From a virus (lineage: Duplodnaviria; Heunggongvirae; Uroviricota; Caudoviricetes): 64,000 nt of DNA. The DNA is taken from the IMG/VR virus record IMGVR_UViG_2693429637_000011; one strand, 5' to 3'. Below, one piece after another: positions 59,219-64,000 of the stretch. The notes under the pieces are model-generated. The model was given only the letters and a program-made list of their open reading frames with translations. It did no database searches and had not been told where the DNA came from. Position numbers and translations under genes: made by a program. Each line of letters opens with the position of its first letter. The first letter of the stretch is position 1.

Positions 59219-59674
59219 AAATTCACTCTCCTTACGGGGTTTGTAGTTGAGGAGTTCTCCACGGGTGAGGTGGAGATCGTGCGCCGGACACGGGTGAGTT
59301 CCTGCACTCTCAGTTTACTGAACAGACATTACCCTGAAAGCCAGGGTACTACACGAAAGCGCGAGGCGAAGACTCTTTCCCATAGAAGGATTGTCGTTAG
59401 ATTTCTTCGACCGTGCGCTTCCGGTTGTGAATAACAACATTGCTGTGTGTAACCCTTGGCGGATATCGGTTTGCCGATTGCTGATGTCCGCCCTTTTTAA
59501 AGTGAATTTTGTGATGCGGTGAATGCGGCTCAGCGCACGCGGAACAGTTAAACCGACAGGATGTCACGGAAAGTCATCGTCCCCTGACCCGGCGTTAATT
59601 GTTAACTGGTTAACGCCACCTGGAGGCACCAGGCACCGCATCAACAAAGTTCATTTGTGAAAATGGAGATAATT

Positions 59675-59896
59675 ATGATTGCTCATCACTTCGGAACTGA
59701 TGAAATACCACGTCAGTGCGTGACGCCTGGCGATTATGTTCTTCATGAAGGTCGGACATATATCGCTTCAGCAAACAATATTGAAAAGAGAAAACTCTAT
59801 ATTCGTAACTTCACAACAAAAACATGCATTACCGACTGCATGATTAAAGTTTTCATCGGGCGCGATGGCTTACCCGTAAAAGCAGCGTCGTTGTGA
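59675..59896 (+). CDS. Hypothetical protein (AT-rich cargo)
   Basis: ATG with ggag 8 bp upstream; 73 aa. Confidence 0.35.
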   Translation: MIAHHFGTDEIPRQCVTPGDYVLHEGRTYIASANNIEKRKLYIRNFTTKTCITDCMIKVFIGRDGLPVKAASL

Positions 59897-59979
59897 CGAG
59901 TAATAAAATACACCTTCCATATCTGTAACAGACAAGCCGAAATAAAACCGCATTAATTATCAATCACGGAAAAATCAAA

Positions 59980-60366
59980 ATGAAAGAACTTGCGCAAAAT
60001 GAAATATTTTCCAAAACCAGTCCTGATGCAATAAATGAACTCAAAGAAATTGCAGAACGCATCAGTAAAATATGCAAAGAATACAAAATCGACTTTGTAT
60101 TTTCTTTTTCAGTGCTTACAGAAGTTGGAAATAACGAATATAAGGACAGTCGTTTTGTTTTATGTGGGTTAAATGGCAAAACACCAAGCCCATATATTCA
60201 TGCTGCACGTGAAGTTGTCAGAAGCAACATTGGAGTACAACAAATCCATACACTTGCACAGGCTCTTGAGTTTGCAAGAGAAAATTCTGAGTGCGACTGC
60301 CCTGAATGCCAGCACGAAAAGGGAAAAACAACTCACAAAACAGCAAACCAGGCAACCTTCCACTGA
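59980..60366 (+). CDS. Hypothetical protein with C-terminal CxC...CxxC motif (AT-rich cargo)
   Basis: 128-aa ORF; ECDCPECQH motif. Confidence 0.4.
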   Translation: MKELAQNEIFSKTSPDAINELKEIAERISKICKEYKIDFVFSFSVLTEVGNNEYKDSRFVLCGLNGKTPSPYIHAAREVVRSNIGVQQIHTLAQALEFARENSECDCPECQHEKGKTTHKTANQATFH

Positions 60367-60473
60367 AATAAAAATCCGGCAGCGCAGGCTACCGGATTTC
60401 TCCCTGCGTCACCGTATTCGGAGAAATCAGACAAAGGGCCGCTAATTCTAATCCAGCCAGAGGTTTAAATACA

Positions 60474-62546
60474 ATGAGCGCTGATAAACAGACTTTTGCA
60501 CTACACTGCGAAGCAAAAAACGATAAAGTCAGAAAACGCCTTGGCATCAAAGGCGGTTTTTTCTGGACCGAGGCCAGAAAACTTTCTGTCGCAGTTTCCC
60601 GCTGCATTGCAGCCATGGACGATGCAGGCTACGACGAGGATGATTTCAAAAAACCCGTTCGCGTAAATTTCCCCGTCGTGAATGACCTTCCACCGGAAGG
60701 CGTGTTTGATACTGAATTCTGCAACCGCTATGAAAAAGGCGGTAACGATGGCATCACCATGATGGCTATCCCCTTCGATGACAACATCAACGGTGAAGAT
60801 GCCACAACTGCTGGCGATGACAACGATAACCTGGACGGAACTATTCCGGATGATGTGGAGAAAAGCGAATCCCCGGACAGCAACGATGACTGTTCTGAGT
60901 GTGAAATTCCCGTCGCCACTCTGAGCCTTACTCATCGCTTCCTTCACCTCTTCTTATTCAGCAAAGATGAAGATGGAAAATACCGGCATCATGCCACACC
61001 AGAACAACGCAATAACGTGATCCGTATGGAGATGGACACAGAGGACAGTTACCTTCAGAGCCTGCTTACTGCTGTGCGCGCCGCGCATCATGAACTGGAT
61101 AAACTGACGAACTATCACCTTAGTCGCCTGGCTGAATCTGTAGGGAAAGCATTCCCCCACTCTGCAAATCATCGCATCAGCCCGGCTGAATTCGACAAGT
61201 TCATTTCCACCTGGATGAAAACTGACTACCTTGATCAGGGCCTGCTGACAAAAGAATGGCAGAACGGAAATTATGTTTCAGGCATTACCCGTACGCCTTC
61301 CGGTGCTAACGCTGGCGGCGGAAATATTACCGATCGTGGTGAAGGATTCAAACATGATAAGACATCACTCGCACGAGATGTAGCCACCGGCGTTCTGGCC
61401 CGTTCAATGGATGTGGATATTTATAACCTGCACCCAGCACACGCAAAACGCGTTGAAGAAATCGTGTCAGAGAATAAGCCGCCCTTTTCTGTTTTTCGCG
61501 ACAAATTTATCGCCATGCCCGGTGGGCTGGATTATTCCCGCGCCATTGTGGTGGCTTCCGTGAAAGAAGCACCAATCGGCATTGAGGCCATCCCGGCACG
61601 CGTGACTGAATATCTCAACAAAGTGTTGACCGAAACCGATCACGCTAACCCGGATCCGGAAATCGTGGAAATTGCCTGCGGTCGCTCATCAGCACCGATG
61701 CCGCAGCGCGGAACAGCAGAAGGAAAACATGGCGATGAAGAAAAGCAACAAACATCGGACACAATGGCTAATGAACAGGCAGCGCCTGAATCAGTGGAAG
61801 AAATTCCAGTTAAACATAATGAGGACACGCAATCACTGGAAAATGTCTCATCTGTAGAAACGAAATACCAGGAACTGAGGGAGGAACTCAATAAAGCCAG
61901 GGAAAACATCCCCCCAAAAAATCCAGTCGATGCCGACAAATTACTGGCTGCCTCGCGTGGAGAATTCGTTGAAGGCATCAGTAACCCTGCTGATCCGAAG
62001 TGGGTGAAGGGGATCCAGACTCGCGACACTGAGGACCAGAATCAGCCCAAAGTGGAACAAATTGCCCCAGAAGCGGGACAAAACAGCCCGGATACGCAAC
62101 AAAACGGGCCAGAAGAGCAACAGCCAGGGCCAGTAATGCAACAGGAAGTGGAAAAGGTTTGCACCACATGCAGTCAGAACGGTGGCGGCCATTGCCCTGA
62201 CTGTGGTCCAGTAATGGGAGATGAAACTTACGCTGAAACTTTTGGAGAAAATGACGCCGCTGATGGAGAAGACTCAGCACAAACTGAGGAGAAGATCATT
62301 CAGGAAAACTCTGTTGATGCCGCTCAGGAGGGCGAAACCGTTGTTCAGAACGAGCCAGGCAGTGATACGTCCGGCGATGACGCCAATTCTGAGCCAGTAA
62401 CTCTCGACTGGAAAAGACAGCTCGTGATTGCCGCCGTCTATGGTTTGTGCGCCAACCCCGCATGTATAGCCACAGCGCCAGCAATCCCTGATATCGCCAT
62501 CATGATTGCCAACAGGCTTGAAAATTTCGAAGGTGATAAATCATGA
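60474..62546 (+). CDS. Large acidic protein (690 aa) of unknown function immediately upstream of gam
   Basis: RBS agagg; long acidic low-complexity tracts; [15 protein letters not shown] cluster; hydrophobic C-terminus; stop overlaps gam start. Confidence 0.55.
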   Translation: MSADKQTFALHCEAKNDKVRKRLGIKGGFFWTEARKLSVAVSRCIAAMDDAGYDEDDFKKPVRVNFPVVNDLPPEGVFDTEFCNRYEKGGNDGITMMAIPFDDNINGEDATTAGDDNDNLDGTIPDDVEKSESPDSNDDCSECEIPVATLSLTHRFLHLFLFSKDEDGKYRHHATPEQRNNVIRMEMDTEDSYLQSLLTAVRAAHHELDKLTNYHLSRLAESVGKAFPHSANHRISPAEFDKFISTWMKTDYLDQGLLTKEWQNGNYVSGITRTPSGANAGGGNITDRGEGFKHDKTSLARDVATGVLARSMDVDIYNLHPAHAKRVEEIVSENKPPFSVFRDKFIAMPGGLDYSRAIVVASVKEAPIGIEAIPARVTEYLNKVLTETDHANPDPEIVEIACGRSSAPMPQRGTAEGKHGDEEKQQTSDTMANEQAAPESVEEIPVKHNEDTQSLENVSSVETKYQELREELNKARENIPPKNPVDADKLLAASRGEFVEGISNPADPKWVKGIQTRDTEDQNQPKVEQIAPEAGQNSPDTQQNGPEEQQPGPVMQQEVEKVCTTCSQNGGGHCPDCGPVMGDETYAETFGENDAADGEDSAQTEEKIIQENSVDAAQEGETVVQNEPGSDTSGDDANSEPVTLDWKRQLVIAAVYGLCANPACIATAPAIPDIAIMIANRLENFEGDKS

Positions 62547-62839
62547 ATGCCTGGCTTATCCCCGATCGCATTGAAGAGCAGTCATGGGCACGACACTACC
62601 AGCAAATTGCCCGTGAAGAAACTGAAGCTGAGCTGGCAGACGACCTGGAAAAAGGTCTGCCCCAACACCTGTTTGAATCGCTATGCATCGATAATCTGCA
62701 ACGTCACGGGGCCAGCAAAAAAGCTATTTCCCGTGCATTTGATGACGATGTCGATTTTCAGGAACGCATGGCAGAACACATCCGCTACATGGCTGAAACC
62801 ATCGCCCGTCACCAAATTAATATTGATTCAGAGGTATAA
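62543..62839 (+). CDS. gam: Gam (RecBCD inhibitor)
   Basis: [26 protein letters not shown]...[20 protein letters not shown] near-identical to lambda Gam short form. Confidence 0.85.
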   Translation: MNAWLIPDRIEEQSWARHYQQIAREETEAELADDLEKGLPQHLFESLCIDNLQRHGASKKAISRAFDDDVDFQERMAEHIRYMAETIARHQINIDSEV

Positions 62840-62844
62840 AACGG

Positions 62845-63630
62845 ATGAGTACAGCACTCGCAACGCTGGCAGGGAAGCTGGCTGAACGTGTCGGCATGGA
62901 TTCTGTCGACCCACAGGAACTAATCACCACTCTTCGCCAGACGGCATTTAAAGGTGATGCCAGCGATGCGCAATTTATCGCATTGTTGATCGTCGCCAAC
63001 CAGTACGGCCTTAATCCCTGGACGAAAGAAATTTACGCCTTCCCTGACAAGCAGAACGGCATCGTTCCGGTGGTTGGCGTTGATGGCTGGTCCCGCATTA
63101 TCAATGAAAACCAGCAGTTTGATGGCATGGACTTTGAGCAGGACAATGAGTCCTGTACATGCCGGATTTACCGCAAAGATCGCAATCACCCGATCTGCGT
63201 TACCGAGTGGATGGATGAATGTCGCCGCGCACCATTCAAAACCCGCGAAGGCAGAGAAATCACCGGACCGTGGCAGTCGCATCCCAAACGGATGTTACGG
63301 CACAAAGCCATGATTCAGTGTGCTCGCCTGGCCTTCGGATTTGCTGGCATCTATGACAAGGATGAAGCCGAGCGTATTGTCGAAAATACTGCATATACTA
63401 CAGAACGTCAGCCGGAACGCGACATCACCCCGGTTAACGAAGAAACCATGTCGGAAATTAACGCCCTTCTTACTTCCATGGAAAAAACGTGGGATGACGA
63501 CCTGTTGCCGCTCTGTTCCCAGATTTTTCGCCGCAACATTTACACATCTTCAGAACTAACACAGGCTGAAGCTGTGAAGGTTCTTGGATTCCTGAAACAG
63601 AAAGTCACAGAGCAGAAGGTAGCAGCATGA
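62845..63630 (+). CDS. bet: Bet (Red-beta single-strand annealing protein)
   Basis: 261 aa, near-identical to lambda Bet as recalled. Confidence 0.9.
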   Translation: MSTALATLAGKLAERVGMDSVDPQELITTLRQTAFKGDASDAQFIALLIVANQYGLNPWTKEIYAFPDKQNGIVPVVGVDGWSRIINENQQFDGMDFEQDNESCTCRIYRKDRNHPICVTEWMDECRRAPFKTREGREITGPWQSHPKRMLRHKAMIQCARLAFGFAGIYDKDEAERIVENTAYTTERQPERDITPVNEETMSEINALLTSMEKTWDDDLLPLCSQIFRRNIYTSSELTQAEAVKVLGFLKQKVTEQKVAA

Positions 63631-64000
63631 CACCGGACATTATCCTGCAACGTACAGGGATCGACGTGAGAGCTGTCGAACAGGGGGATGATGCGTGGCA
63701 CAAATTACGGCTCGGCGTCATCACCGCTTCAGAAGTTCACAACGTGATAGCAAAACCCCGCTCAGGAAAGAAATGGCCTGACATGAAAATGTCCTACTTC
63801 CACACCCTGCTGGCTGAGGTTTGCACCGGTGTGGCTCCGGAAGTTAACGCTAAAGCGCTGGCCTGGGGAAAACAGTACGAGAACGACGCCAGAGCCCTCT
63901 TTGAGTTCACTTCCGGCGTGAATGTTACTGAATCCCCGATCATCTATCGCGACGAAAGTATGCGCACCGCTTGCTCTCCCGATGGTTTATGCAGTGACGG
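63627..64000 (+). CDS. exo: Exo (Red-alpha exonuclease), 5' portion; continues beyond window
   Basis: [65 protein letters not shown]... matches lambda Exo N-terminus. Confidence 0.85.
   Translation, partial: MTPDIILQRTGIDVRAVEQGDDAWHKLRLGVITASEVHNVIAKPRSGKKWPDMKMSYFHTLLAEVCTGVAPEVNAKALAWGKQYENDARALFEFTSGVNVTESPIIYRDESMRTACSPDGLCSD

Larger units (their letters stand above)
1202..64000. mobile_element. Lambdoid prophage of short-tailed Stx-phage (933W-like) type, stx-negative, inserted in ynfG; right end (xis/int/att) beyond window
   Basis: Contiguous phage gene set: accessory genes, morphogenesis operon, lysis cassette, Q, nin genes, O/DnaC-like, cII-cro-cI-N, gam-bet-exo; left junction inside ynfG. 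Confidence 0.8.

Overview
Apart from the first ~1.2 kb (3' end of a DmsA-family oxidoreductase gene, ynfF-like, and a truncated ynfG start), the whole window is one large lambdoid prophage of the short-tailed Stx-phage (933W-like) type, inserted into ynfG at ~1202 and running off the right edge. No stx genes are present. All calls are from reading the sequence and translations by eye; no database search was run. Layout, left to right: (i) 1.6-6.3 kb, plus strand: accessory genes (two antirepressor paralogs, TraR-like zinc finger, Ead/Ea22-like, ClpX-zinc-finger-like, DUF551). (ii) 6.7-35.7 kb, minus strand: morphogenesis operon (terminase small/large, portal, scaffold, capsid, collagen-like tail fibre, Lom-like outer-membrane protein, and a 2783-aa giant protein). 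(iii) 36.3-46.6 kb: Ais/PmrG-like phosphatase moron, lysis cassette (pinholin S21-like, SAR endolysin, Rz/Rz1), two diverged nanS-p-like sialate O-acetylesterase genes with a repeated upstream element, an orphan second holin, and IS21-family and IS3-family remnants. (iv) 46.6-57.2 kb, minus strand: Q, nin region (NinH, RusA, YbcO-like, NinB), a third antirepressor, three toxin-antitoxin-like modules (higBA-like, Doc-like, hok), DnaC-like loader, O-like initiator, cII, cro. (v) 56.5-64.0 kb, plus strand: cI, N, an accessory hotspot, then gam, bet, exo. The most interesting candidates are the giant protein with two HExxH motifs, the toxin-antitoxin cluster, the Ais-like phosphatase, the modular antirepressors with structured leaders, the ClpX-zinc-finger-like protein and the uncharacterised genes between N and gam. 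I cannot show from sequence alone that any of these is previously undescribed.
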